A stretch of DNA of 47,262 nucleotides from Candidatus Hodarchaeota archaeon (GTDB taxonomy: Archaea; Asgardarchaeota; Heimdallarchaeia; Hodarchaeales; Hodarchaeaceae). Every line of letters starts with the position of its first letter. Positions within the stretch are counted from its first letter, which is position 1. The notes under the pieces were generated by a model. It was given only the letters and a program-made list of their open reading frames with translations. It ran no database searches and had not been told where the DNA came from. This document shows, piece after piece, positions 28,217 to 37,481 of this stretch. The stretch spans positions 1-47,262 of the forward strand of contig JAEOTM010000097.1 in NCBI GenBank assembly GCA_016839815.1, in the 5' to 3' direction. The position numbers and the translations under genes were made by a program.

Positions 28217-28306
28217 TGAACCTCTTGTGTTCTAAAGGCATATGTCTGAGTATCAGAAACCGAATCTGATCAGCAGGATGAATAATTCGTTCGATGAAGA
28301 GGTTCA
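28217..28306. repeat. Intergenic inverted repeat closing a multi-hairpin element
   Basis: TGAACCTCTT (28217-28226) / AAGAGGTTCA (28297-28306), perfect 10 bp, with internal ATCAGA/TCTGAT and GGATGAA/TTCGTTC hairpins. Confidence 0.6.
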
Positions 28307-28319
28307 CTAATTTTTTCCT

Positions 28320-29657
28320 TTAGAAACCTTTAGCTTCAGATGGAGCTTTGTTTTTAATAACTAATAATAGGAATGTGGCAATCGTATATAGAGTGGCAGT
28401 AAAGAGAAAAACGTAGATGAATCCAAAATCTACTACTACCCATCCTCCGATACTTGCTGACACTGACCAAAACATTCCCCAAGCTAAGGTTTCCAGACTA
28501 TTCCATCTTGCTCTAGCATTTGTGGGTACTATATCCATGATTAAGCTTCTACTTACAGGCCCTGAAGCATTCATTAAGGCATTGCGACTAATATAGAAGA
28601 CAGCCAAAATCAAAATAGAGAATGAGGCACCAATCAGATTATTTTGGTATAAATAAAGATTAACTACAATTCCTAACAAACAGAGTATTGCTAACAGTTG
28701 AACTAAGAACATTGATAAAACTCTGCCAATCATTCGTGATAATCGTTGAGCTCCTAATCCGGCCAATCCAGTAATAACACTTCCTACACCTACGATGGAG
28801 TATGTAAATAAAGGTGTTAAATTATATCCAATCTCTGGATCAGCAAAAAGAACGGGAAAAAAAGCAACCGTTGCTCCTGCCCCAAAACCAATAATCACTC
28901 CCGAAACAACGAGTATAATTGGAACAAAACTATTATATGAACTTTTTGATTGAATTACATTGTTAGCTTCTTGTGAAATTCTTGACTGTCCACGAAGATG
29001 GTTGTTTTCAAGAGAAAACTTATCAGATACAAAGAAAATTACTGAATTAGCAAAGATGGCAAAGAATGCTCCACTTACGATTAAGGTCTGAAGAACATTG
29101 AGTTCCCACGAATCACCCAATACAAGTGTGAGTACTGCTGCTAGAAATGGGCCTAATGCGGCTGCTAATAAGTTAACGAAATGCATATTCGCAAAAGTCT
29201 TACTTCTATGACCTGGTTCAATACTATCAGCTAATAATGCCTGGGACGCTGGACCAGATAGTCCAAAACCCAAACCCCCACATATTTGGCTAATGAAAAG
29301 ATAATTGATTGTATTCGATGCAGGCGCGATGAATAGAGTAGAGTAAATGAGGACAACCTGGCCAAGTACCCCAAAGAGAACAGAGATTCGAATTAAAATG
29401 TCTCTTCGATATCGATCTGCAAAAAAACCACTAGGAAAGACAAAGATGGTTGAAGCGATTCCAGAGACTGTAAATAAATTTCCCAGAATAAACTCACTAT
29501 GTCCAAGTCCTTGAGTAATGAAGATTGAAAAAGCCGTTTGAATTATTCCAAAGCTTACACTTTGTGCAACAGTCTGTATATAAGCTAAGCGAACATTCCG
29601 ATTCATTAGAAATCTCTCTTCTAAAGGACTTGGTACAGGAAAGATAATGTAAACCAT
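28320..29657 (-). CDS. MFS transporter (start may be ATG 29606)
   Basis: About 12 TM; motif A GFFADRYRR; QALLADS; LSRMIGR. Confidence 0.9.
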   Translation of the reverse strand: MVYIIFPVPSPLEERFLMNRNVRLAYIQTVAQSVSFGIIQTAFSIFITQGLGHSEFILGNLFTVSGIASTIFVFPSGFFADRYRRDILIRISVLFGVLGQVVLIYSTLFIAPASNTINYLFISQICGGLGFGLSGPASQALLADSIEPGHRSKTFANMHFVNLLAAALGPFLAAVLTLVLGDSWELNVLQTLIVSGAFFAIFANSVIFFVSDKFSLENNHLRGQSRISQEANNVIQSKSSYNSFVPIILVVSGVIIGFGAGATVAFFPVLFADPEIGYNLTPLFTYSIVGVGSVITGLAGLGAQRLSRMIGRVLSMFLVQLLAILCLLGIVVNLYLYQNNLIGASFSILILAVFYISRNALMNASGPVSRSLIMDIVPTNARARWNSLETLAWGMFWSVSASIGGWVVVDFGFIYVFLFTATLYTIATFLLLVIKNKAPSEAKGF

Positions 29658-29763
29658 CCCCCATACTACCCTTCTTTAATATTGCAGATTAGGCAAGCAC
29701 AAATACTTAATTCGGAGAAAAAAAAAAGAAATTAGAGCTTAATAGATGACATAAGTTGCTAAA

Positions 29764-30243
29764 GTGATTGAAATGACAATAGCTACAATAAAAACGAAAT
29801 ACGGTCCAATAAAAATCGAATTTTTTGATGAAGTGACTAATACAGTAAAGAACTTTGTCTCACTTGCTGAAGATGGGTTTTACAATGGTTTAACGTTCCA
29901 TCGAAATATACCTGGATTTGTATCCCAAGGTGGATGTCCCCAAGGGACAGGTATGGGAGGTCCTGGATATACAATTCCTTGTGAAACTGAAAAAAATCAA
30001 GGAAAACATAAACATGTGCTTGGATCACTCTCCATGGCTCATGCAGGAAAAAATACCGGTGGGTCGCAATTCTTCATTGTTAGAGCTCAACAACCTCATC
30101 TGGATGGCCTTCATACTATCTTTGGTAGAGTTACCGAAGGTGAGAACATCATCGACAAACTTCAGAATGGTGATGTAATGGAGGATGTTGTAATTTCAGA
30201 TAAAAGCTCCTTAGTAGAAAACCATTCTCTAGTAAAGATGTAA
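29764..30243 (+). CDS. Cyclophilin-type peptidyl-prolyl cis-trans isomerase
   Basis: [50 protein letters not shown]. Confidence 0.96.
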   Translation: MIEMTIATIKTKYGPIKIEFFDEVTNTVKNFVSLAEDGFYNGLTFHRNIPGFVSQGGCPQGTGMGGPGYTIPCETEKNQGKHKHVLGSLSMAHAGKNTGGSQFFIVRAQQPHLDGLHTIFGRVTEGENIIDKLQNGDVMEDVVISDKSSLVENHSLVKM

Positions 30244-30312
30244 ATCTCATTATTGATTAGTAGAGAATTTAGAAGGGAAGGGTGACTTTCTTCTTTCTAT
30301 GAAAGCTTTTTT

Positions 30313-30924
30313 TTAGACACTTTTTTCTATCTGTGATAATGATTCGGTTTTAAATTGATTAGTATTAATCATATCGGCAAAAGCTGTGGCCCACTCTCGG
30401 ATAAATTGCCAATTTCTAAAATCATTCAGTTTACCATCGTTGACGACAAATCCACTTGATGAAGAGTCAGCAATTTTCTGAAGGATCTTTTTTTCTAAGA
30501 ATGAATAATTACTAGAGGATGAAAAGTCAAAAACACCCCCAAATGCTTCATATCTAACATTTGACCCAAGTAGTTTAAGTTCATCTAATTTCTGATACAG
30601 ATATTTATGTTTAGCTTTTTCATATGTATCAGGATTTGAGGCTTCACCTGAGCTAACAAACACACCTAACGGCTTATTTTTAAGTACTTCTATATTTCTT
30701 TTAATGAAAATAAGTGTTTCTTCAGCCCAACTGGCCGTTCTTATTCCTGAGCCTATAATGACTCCTGTGTAGGTTGTTACTGACGCTGTTTCTGCTTGTG
30801 ATTTTAAATCTAATAGATCAACTTCTAAATCTTCTTTTCGAATTACATCGGCAATTTCTTGTGCAATCTCACTAGTAGATCCGAAATGTGATGCATAAGC
30901 TAGTAATATTCGATATTTCGTCAT
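30313..30924 (-). CDS. Flavodoxin-domain protein (HemG / Flavodoxin_5-like)
   Basis: LAYASHFGSTSEIA FMN loop, VIIGSGI, FGG, DFRNWQFIREWA. Confidence 0.88.
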   Translation of the reverse strand: MTKYRILLAYASHFGSTSEIAQEIADVIRKEDLEVDLLDLKSQAETASVTTYTGVIIGSGIRTASWAEETLIFIKRNIEVLKNKPLGVFVSSGEASNPDTYEKAKHKYLYQKLDELKLLGSNVRYEAFGGVFDFSSSSNYSFLEKKILQKIADSSSSGFVVNDGKLNDFRNWQFIREWATAFADMINTNQFKTESLSQIEKSV

Positions 30925-31182
30925 CTATTCCATCTTCGTTTACTTTCTCAGTTTGAACGATTTTTTGATTTATTTGGTTCGAGATTCATAAGAAAATTTC
31001 AAAACAAGTAATTGGATTATTCATCACTATAGATACAGTCAAAACACATGTAATAGAGTTTAGGATTAGATATGTTTACACAAACCGGAATTAGTTGTTT
31101 AAAACTTTTTATGTATATATAAACTAATCAATTCCAGGTTGAAGTGGACCATCAGATATGATCGAAGAGGTGAGCAGAGTAT

Positions 31183-31383
31183 ATGCCTCTTCTTGAAATT
31201 TTTTATCGAAATAAGTTAAATATCGGTGTAATAAAACTATTTCCCGTATTTTTGCTATTATCGTTATTGATTCAGGGACTTTCAACGAAGCTGCTTCCTC
31301 ATTTTTATTATGAGGAATTTTTGTTTATAGATCTGGGGAGAGACTTATTCCTGAAAAATGTAGATTTCTACGAGAAAGATTGA
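31183..31383 (+). CDS. Possible small membrane peptide (doubtful)
   Basis: 66 aa with one hydrophobic stretch; GAGGTGA 9 nt upstream; no recognisable family. Confidence 0.3.
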   Translation: MPLLEIFYRNKLNIGVIKLFPVFLLLSLLIQGLSTKLLPHFYYEEFLFIDLGRDLFLKNVDFYEKD

Positions 31384-31458
31384 ACTGGACTATCTGAAAT
31401 ACCCTCTAAGATTAAAAAAAAGGAAGAGATTAGTAGGAAAAAAGTCAGTATAATGGGT

Positions 31459-32097
31459 TTATGCGTTAGAGGGTTTAGTAGACGAGAGATTAGCAGAAAA
31501 TTCAAGTTTGTTTAAAGTTTTATCAATATAGATTTCAGGATCTTTCTTTTTCAATAATAATAGTCCTAATACTTCGAAAGCTTCTTCAACGTTCATACCT
31601 GAGAGTGCACTGGTGTACATGAAAGCTGTTGAATCTGCGTGAAATTCCATCTGCAGTTCGTCTTTGAAATTAGAGATAGCATCCTGATCAATAAGCAATT
31701 TTTGTTGTAAATCACTTTTATTTCCTAAAAGCACAATGGGGATGTCATGATGAGCGTCCCCTAAGTTTTGAAGTACTTCTATCTTCCATTCACTTAAATT
31801 TGCCAACGAGACCGGGTTAGTAACATCGAAAACCATGACAATAGCATGAGATCCGCGATAAAACGTGGATCGGACAAATTCAAAGCGTTGTTGTCCTGCT
31901 AGATCCCAAATTTGAAATTTAACTTTACTACCATCAACATCTACGGTATGTGTGCAAATATTTGTACCAATAGTTAAATTATAAGTGGAAGCAAACCCTT
32001 TCCCTAAAAATCTCTCTACAATCGCTGTTTTTCCAACTCCACCATCACCGACAAGACAGACCTTATACAGATCACTCTTGATTTCGAAGATACTCAT
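31459..32097 (-). CDS. Rab-like small GTPase (Ras superfamily); likely start ATG 32097, ORF open to 32211
   Basis: G1 GDGGVGKT, G2 TIG, G3 IWDLAGQ, RF..VRSTFYRGS, G4 GNKSD, G5 TSAL; no C-terminal prenylation Cys. Confidence 0.93.
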   Translation of the reverse strand: MSIFEIKSDLYKVCLVGDGGVGKTAIVERFLGKGFASTYNLTIGTNICTHTVDVDGSKVKFQIWDLAGQQRFEFVRSTFYRGSHAIVMVFDVTNPVSLANLSEWKIEVLQNLGDAHHDIPIVLLGNKSDLQQKLLIDQDAISNFKDELQMEFHADSTAFMYTSALSGMNVEEAFEVLGLLLLKKKDPEIYIDKTLNKLEFSANLSSTKPSNA

Positions 32098-32314
32098 TGT
32101 TTCCACATTCGAGAGACTAGTTGTATTACCATTAATCATAATTATAATAAGAGTTACCAGAGAATCTATTCGAGTATCCGTTTTTCTCCATATATCTCCA
32201 AGTTCTAACATACTCTCATGGGAATAATATCTTAATAGTTTCTATAGAATGAATATCGTAAAGACTACTTAAATATTTAATTTTAATAGTCAAATATTCC
32301 GATTACTTGCTAAG

Positions 32315-33142
32315 TTAGAAGCTCTTAAGGATCGATTTTATTGATGTGAGTATAGTGAATCCATGAGAGAAGAGTTCTCGATAATAATGAGATTCTAAAA
32401 AATCTGATACGAATAATTTCCATCCTGAAATGTAATAATCTTGATATGACTGAGCTAATAAGGGAAAATCCTGATTGATTAACTCTCTAACAATTTTAGT
32501 TCGACTCCAATTCCAAATTTCATATGGTGAAATCGATAAAATCTGAGTTAATAATCTAACAGGAGCTGGAGATATCCTCCAATTAATTCTACGAAGCATG
32601 GACCAAAAATCAAGACCAGTTCGATCAAAAACTGATTCTGTTACCATTTCTAAATATAATATATCAGATAGAACCTTTTCCTTATCGATTTTCCTTATAG
32701 AATCAGCTGGAACTTCCTCATGAGGGTCGTACCAACCATATAATAATACTATGTCTTCTACACGCGGAAAAATAAAAGAAGGATCATGGACAAGTCGATT
32801 AAGACTAACAATCTGTGTGCGTGGGAGGTGGATTGGATCTGGTCTTCTTCTAGAGAAAAGGGTCTCATACTTCTCCGATAGGCCCAATGCTTTCTCCAAG
32901 GGGAGAGATCTTATAGGATCCTTTGAATTAGTGTTCACAAACTGAACATGTATATCTACATCACTCATTATCGGGACATAATCAATAGCTGATTCCCATG
33001 GTTTTATTGCAGAGCCTTTTGCATATATTACCTCTATTTGGCCCGAAAATACTTCCGTTAGAATTTCTGTCCATATTTTTAAACAGGTTTTGACATCTTT
33101 ACGAGCAGTGTTTAGTTCTGTAGTATACACTGAGAGTTTCAC
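32315..33142 (-). CDS. Pol-beta-superfamily nucleotidyltransferase-like protein
   Basis: hhhhGS (IYAKGS) followed by SDVDIHV (DxD); helical C-terminal half. Confidence 0.65.
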   Translation of the reverse strand: MKLSVYTTELNTARKDVKTCLKIWTEILTEVFSGQIEVIYAKGSAIKPWESAIDYVPIMSDVDIHVQFVNTNSKDPIRSLPLEKALGLSEKYETLFSRRRPDPIHLPRTQIVSLNRLVHDPSFIFPRVEDIVLLYGWYDPHEEVPADSIRKIDKEKVLSDILYLEMVTESVFDRTGLDFWSMLRRINWRISPAPVRLLTQILSISPYEIWNWSRTKIVRELINQDFPLLAQSYQDYYISGWKLFVSDFLESHYYRELFSHGFTILTSIKSILKSF

Positions 33143-33169
33143 TTCTTGATCTTGTAAGAATACTAAGAG

Positions 33170-33625
33170 CTAGATGATATAAGGAATTTCTTTGGGTACA
33201 ATTCCGAGTAACCTGTAGTAAACAAGAAGCTGACCACGATGTTGAATACTGTGTTCTAATAATTCTAATAACACCTCTGCTTTGGTAGCAGAACGATTAC
33301 CTTGGGTATACTCCTCATTTAATGACTCTGGGGAAATAGAGGTAAGATACGATTTTACTCTCATAACCACATCGGCATATAGTCTGATCATGTCGTTTGC
33401 TGTAGGATATTTCTCAAGTGTATAGATCAAAGGTTCCCAAACATCGTTTGCTAGACCCTGAGAGTAATATTCAAGAGAACGAATGATGTGTAGTACAATT
33501 TCTCCTAATGGACGACCAGATTTAACGGGTTCCTTCAGAATTACTTCATCTGTTAATTGTTGAATAATAACATCAGTTTCGTCAAAGTGACGATGAATTG
33601 CTTCCTTTAAAAAGCCGTAAATCAT
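33170..33625 (-). CDS. DinB-family protein
   Basis: RPLGEIVLHI and LEHSIQHRGQL His triad; GGTGA RBS. Confidence 0.9.
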   Translation of the reverse strand: MIYGFLKEAIHRHFDETDVIIQQLTDEVILKEPVKSGRPLGEIVLHIIRSLEYYSQGLANDVWEPLIYTLEKYPTANDMIRLYADVVMRVKSYLTSISPESLNEEYTQGNRSATKAEVLLELLEHSIQHRGQLLVYYRLLGIVPKEIPYII

Positions 33626-33715
33626 TCTATAATCACCGTTTTCATCCTTATATAATCCGAAAGCTAATATAGCTTCCTAATCTCTGTATTATAGATAGAT
33701 TTTATATTTATCTTC

Positions 33716-34879
33716 TTGTTGGTAAGCGAAATCACTAGGAATAATTACTATAAGGCATTTATCATGAAAAACCTGCATCCCAATTGCCAAATTTGTGGGA
33801 AGAAACCCGAAATCTTTTCTGGATTCATAGGGATTTGTCCAGAGTGTCTACACAAAAATCTTGATTATTCTGTAGAACTATCTCAATCCTCGCATGTTAT
33901 TGCACGTGAAGTCTGGAACTTACCTGTAGCTGTTCCTGACAATTCTGAAATACGCTGCAGCATTTGTTCAAATCAATGTAGAATTGATGAAGATAAATTG
34001 GGATATTGCGGGATTAGAAGCAATACTGATGGTTTGGTCAGAAATCGTGCTGGTAAAGGTAGTTTCCTTCATACATATCTAGATCCACTACCGACCAATT
34101 GTTGTAACACGTATTTTTGTCCCGCGGGGAGTAATGAACAACTGACACACTATAAGTATACTGATGGACCGGAAATTGGCTATTATAATCTTGCAGCGTT
34201 TCTGTACGGATGTAATTTTTCTTGTTTAGGATGTCAGAATGATCAACATCGCAATATTGATACTGCAGAACAGTACTCTATTGAAAAATTTCTAAACCAA
34301 GTGTATTCCAACCCCAGAATATCATGTGTCTGTTTTTTTGGAGGTTCTCCCGAACCTCAACTTCCATTTGCTCTTAGAGCTGCTCGAAAAGCATTCAAAA
34401 ACCTTGATAGTTCCAGGCAATTTTTACGGATCTGTTGGGAGTGGAATGGCTCAGGTAATGAGAAATTAGTCCAGAGTGCGGTTAAACTTTCGTTACAATC
34501 AGGGGGGAATGCCAAATTTGATCTTAAATATTCTTCACCAGAATTATCACAAGTCTTTAGCGGAGTGTCAAATCAGCGGTCTTTTCAGAATTTCAAATTG
34601 TGTTATGAGAAGTTCTATGATTCCAGACCAGATTATCCACTCTTAAGCGCAGCTACATTATTGATTCCTGGATATGTAAATGAAAAAGAAGTTGAGAATA
34701 TTGCAAATTTTCTTTCTTCCTTAGATAAGTCGATCCCGTATTCTTTATTGATTTTTCATCCAGATTCTTTCTTATCTGATCTACCAATTACACCCAGAAA
34801 ACAGGTTCTACGTTGTCATGAAATTGCACAAAAGTACTTGGAAAATGTACATATAGGAAATAAACACTTGCTCTACTAG
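33716..34879 (+). CDS. Radical SAM protein, PFL-activase/AmmeMemoRadiSam-like, with N-terminal Cys motifs (likely start ATG 33764)
   Basis: GCNFSCLGCQN (CxxxCxxC), FFGGSPEP, CSICSNQC...GYCG, CQIC...CPEC, VHIGN. Confidence 0.88.
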   Translation: MLVSEITRNNYYKAFIMKNLHPNCQICGKKPEIFSGFIGICPECLHKNLDYSVELSQSSHVIAREVWNLPVAVPDNSEIRCSICSNQCRIDEDKLGYCGIRSNTDGLVRNRAGKGSFLHTYLDPLPTNCCNTYFCPAGSNEQLTHYKYTDGPEIGYYNLAAFLYGCNFSCLGCQNDQHRNIDTAEQYSIEKFLNQVYSNPRISCVCFFGGSPEPQLPFALRAARKAFKNLDSSRQFLRICWEWNGSGNEKLVQSAVKLSLQSGGNAKFDLKYSSPELSQVFSGVSNQRSFQNFKLCYEKFYDSRPDYPLLSAATLLIPGYVNEKEVENIANFLSSLDKSIPYSLLIFHPDSFLSDLPITPRKQVLRCHEIAQKYLENVHIGNKHLLY

Positions 34880-34916
34880 AATTTAAATCTGAATTGTTTC
34901 TGGTTGTGAATGAGAT

Positions 34917-35507
34917 ATGTTTCAGAATATCCCTAGTATAGTTAGAAATCGCATGGATGAATTGGAAAAAGCAGATGCTGAAGATAGACAAAACGATACT
35001 CCAAAGTTAAAGCGTTTACGTCAAATCCCGCCTGAATCAGGAAAAATTCTTACAATTTTAGCAGCATCTGCTCCTGAAGGAGAATTCGTTGAAATTGGGA
35101 CAAGTGCAGGTTATTCTACTTTATGGATAATCCTTGCCTGTCGCTATCTAGGTAAAACTGTTAAAACTTATGAAATCCTTCCCGAAAAAATAAAACTAGC
35201 TAAAGAGACTTTTTCTCTCGCACGAGTTAGTTCATATGTGGAACTAATTTCTGGAGACGCCAGAGATTATCTGAAGGACGAAAAAAATATCTCATTTTGT
35301 TTTTTGGACTCAGAAAAGGAATATTACGCTGAATGTTACGAGCTAGTAATTCCAAATCTAGTTAAAGGAGGATTATTTATCGCTGATAACTGTGTAAGTC
35401 ACGAGAAGGATCTTAAACCGTTCTTGAAGAACACTTTTGCTGATTCTCGGGTTGATTCGCTAATTCTTCCAATAGGAAAAGGATTACTGCTTTCTCGCAA
35501 GTTTTAA
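34917..35507 (+). CDS. Class I SAM-dependent O-methyltransferase
   Basis: VEIGTSAGYSTLW, GDA, FLDSEK, GGLFIADN. Confidence 0.9.
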   Translation: MFQNIPSIVRNRMDELEKADAEDRQNDTPKLKRLRQIPPESGKILTILAASAPEGEFVEIGTSAGYSTLWIILACRYLGKTVKTYEILPEKIKLAKETFSLARVSSYVELISGDARDYLKDEKNISFCFLDSEKEYYAECYELVIPNLVKGGLFIADNCVSHEKDLKPFLKNTFADSRVDSLILPIGKGLLLSRKF

Positions 35508-35683
35508 CCAATTTTTTCTAAGTGAGGGGAACTCTTTAATCTGTTAAAATCCTAATGTTTAGTACTTCCACAAGTTCATGACCTCCACACTTTTTTTCAC
35601 CGAAGGAGGTTTAAAATACCTTAAATCCAGAAATATTTATATTCAAGGAACAAGAGTTTAGAATAATAGGAATGTAGACCCCC

Positions 35684-36565
35684 ATGGTCGCCCCACAGTC
35701 ACCGTTTGACTCTAAAGAAAAACTCAGAGAGTTTTTGTCCCAAGCTCAAGTGGAAATTAGTAATCTGATAAATACCCTAGGCCATCCGAAACGATTGGAA
35801 ATCTTGACAAAAATGGTCGGAGGTGCATCAGTCACATTTAGGGAACTAATGGCTTGGACAGAACTCCAAAAAAGTGCCTTAGCTAATCATTTAAGTGTTT
35901 TAAGTGATAAATCGCTAATTGAAAAGCAGGAAAAAGGTTTATATCAAATAACAATGCTTGGTGATGATCTACTTGAGAAAATCGCCCTTACCTACCTTGA
36001 GTCGAAACTTAGAGAGCAACAACGACTGGAGCAACTTTTAAAACTGATAGGAAAAACTGGATCCTATGTTAATCAAGAGGTAATGACAATGGGTAAAGAA
36101 AAAGAAATTTTGAAGATAGTAAAGCTCCCTGAATTGAGGGTTATTTCCTTTCACGTAAAGGATAGTGAATCACCAGAACAAGAAGCATGGAACATGTTAG
36201 AAAACTGGGCAAAACCTAAGGGGATATTCAACCAGCCTGATATCCATCAAATCTACGGTTTTAATAATCCAGATCCAACAAAAGAACAACCGTTATATGG
36301 ATATGAGTTTTGGATAACAATTAACGATGATTTTGAAGTTGATGACGAATTGCAAGTGAAAAATTTCGACGGAGGACTTTATGCCGTTATGAGCTGTAGT
36401 GGTGTAGAAAACATAACTCCTACTTGGATTAAATTAGTTGATCGTGTGTCAGATTCAAAATACAAACTTGTTAAATCTCATCAATGGCTAGAGCATCATG
36501 TTGATCCTCATAATACTGATCTCAAAACATTCGTTTTGGACCTTTATGCCCCCATCACTGAATAA
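35684..36565 (+). CDS. ArsR-like winged-HTH fused to a GyrI-like effector-binding domain
   Basis: LGHPKRLEIL...SALANHLSVL...YQIT HTH; SPEQEAW, YGFNNPDP, YGYEFWIT, GGLYAV, QWLEHH, LDLYAPI GyrI motifs. Confidence 0.9.
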   Translation: MVAPQSPFDSKEKLREFLSQAQVEISNLINTLGHPKRLEILTKMVGGASVTFRELMAWTELQKSALANHLSVLSDKSLIEKQEKGLYQITMLGDDLLEKIALTYLESKLREQQRLEQLLKLIGKTGSYVNQEVMTMGKEKEILKIVKLPELRVISFHVKDSESPEQEAWNMLENWAKPKGIFNQPDIHQIYGFNNPDPTKEQPLYGYEFWITINDDFEVDDELQVKNFDGGLYAVMSCSGVENITPTWIKLVDRVSDSKYKLVKSHQWLEHHVDPHNTDLKTFVLDLYAPITE

Positions 36566-36605
36566 AAACCACCCAGAAAACGTTGAATCGCAAATTTGCG
36601 ATTCT

Positions 36606-37262
36606 TCATTTATTTTTTCTTTTTAACGCCAGTGGAAAAAGAGCTATCACATTTAATAAAAGTAAAATCAAGGTGAATCCATCTAATCTAGCTTCTGTAT
36701 TAATATCAGTTGTAGAAGGAGAAATTAGGTTGTTAAAGTGATTACTTTCATTTGTTCCTTCGATTGAAGAATCTTCTGAGTTTAGAGGGGGAAAAGAATC
36801 ATATACAGTATTTAAGAATTCAAAGGTACCACTTGCTTCTTTAGTTGCATCTAATAATTCGAAATAGAAGTTAATGGGTGACGCTTCACAGGAACATACG
36901 ACAGAACGGTAGATATACTCATGGAGGTACATTACACTACGATTCTGACCAGGTTCTATGGTAAATTCACTGATTCCAGAAATAGTTGATATTTGAGAGT
37001 TATGAAATAGAGTAAATTTGACCGCTGAGGAGGAATTAGAATCAATTCTGACAGTTAAACTCCAGTTGATATCCTTCACATCGGCTTGATAGTAATTTTT
37101 GAGTAAGAGATCCTGGTCTTCATTATCAGAGATAAAAAATGCCCCAAATTCACCAACAGGATCAACTGATTCATCTTCATTAGAAGCGATTGATAAACTC
37201 TCAGTATGAAGAGTAAAGAATATCAAGACAGTAATTAACGCAAATTTTTTGGTACTGTTCAT
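36606..37262 (-). CDS. Secreted/surface protein with signal peptide and C-terminal xGF-TM-basic anchor
   Basis: MNSTKKFALITVLIFF signal, N-x-S/T sequons, S/T-rich linker, C-terminus DGFTLILLLLNVIALFPLALKRKNK. Confidence 0.75.
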   Translation of the reverse strand: MNSTKKFALITVLIFFTLHTESLSIASNEDESVDPVGEFGAFFISDNEDQDLLLKNYYQADVKDINWSLTVRIDSNSSSAVKFTLFHNSQISTISGISEFTIEPGQNRSVMYLHEYIYRSVVCSCEASPINFYFELLDATKEASGTFEFLNTVYDSFPPLNSEDSSIEGTNESNHFNNLISPSTTDINTEARLDGFTLILLLLNVIALFPLALKRKNK

Positions 37263-37481
37263 CTCATTTACTTCTACTCTTTTTTGTTATTAAAGTGAAT
37301 CTCTTTGACTTTCGCAGCAATTCTTAATAAACCTGTAAATTTAAGAAGATTTCATCGGTTGACAAGCTTTATTTTCTATTAAGTTTTCATAATGTGTTAG
37401 TGAGTGATCAAATAAGATAATTATTCAAGTACTATTTTTCGTTTTAGATAAGTGTTTTTCCATAAATGATAAATAAGATGA

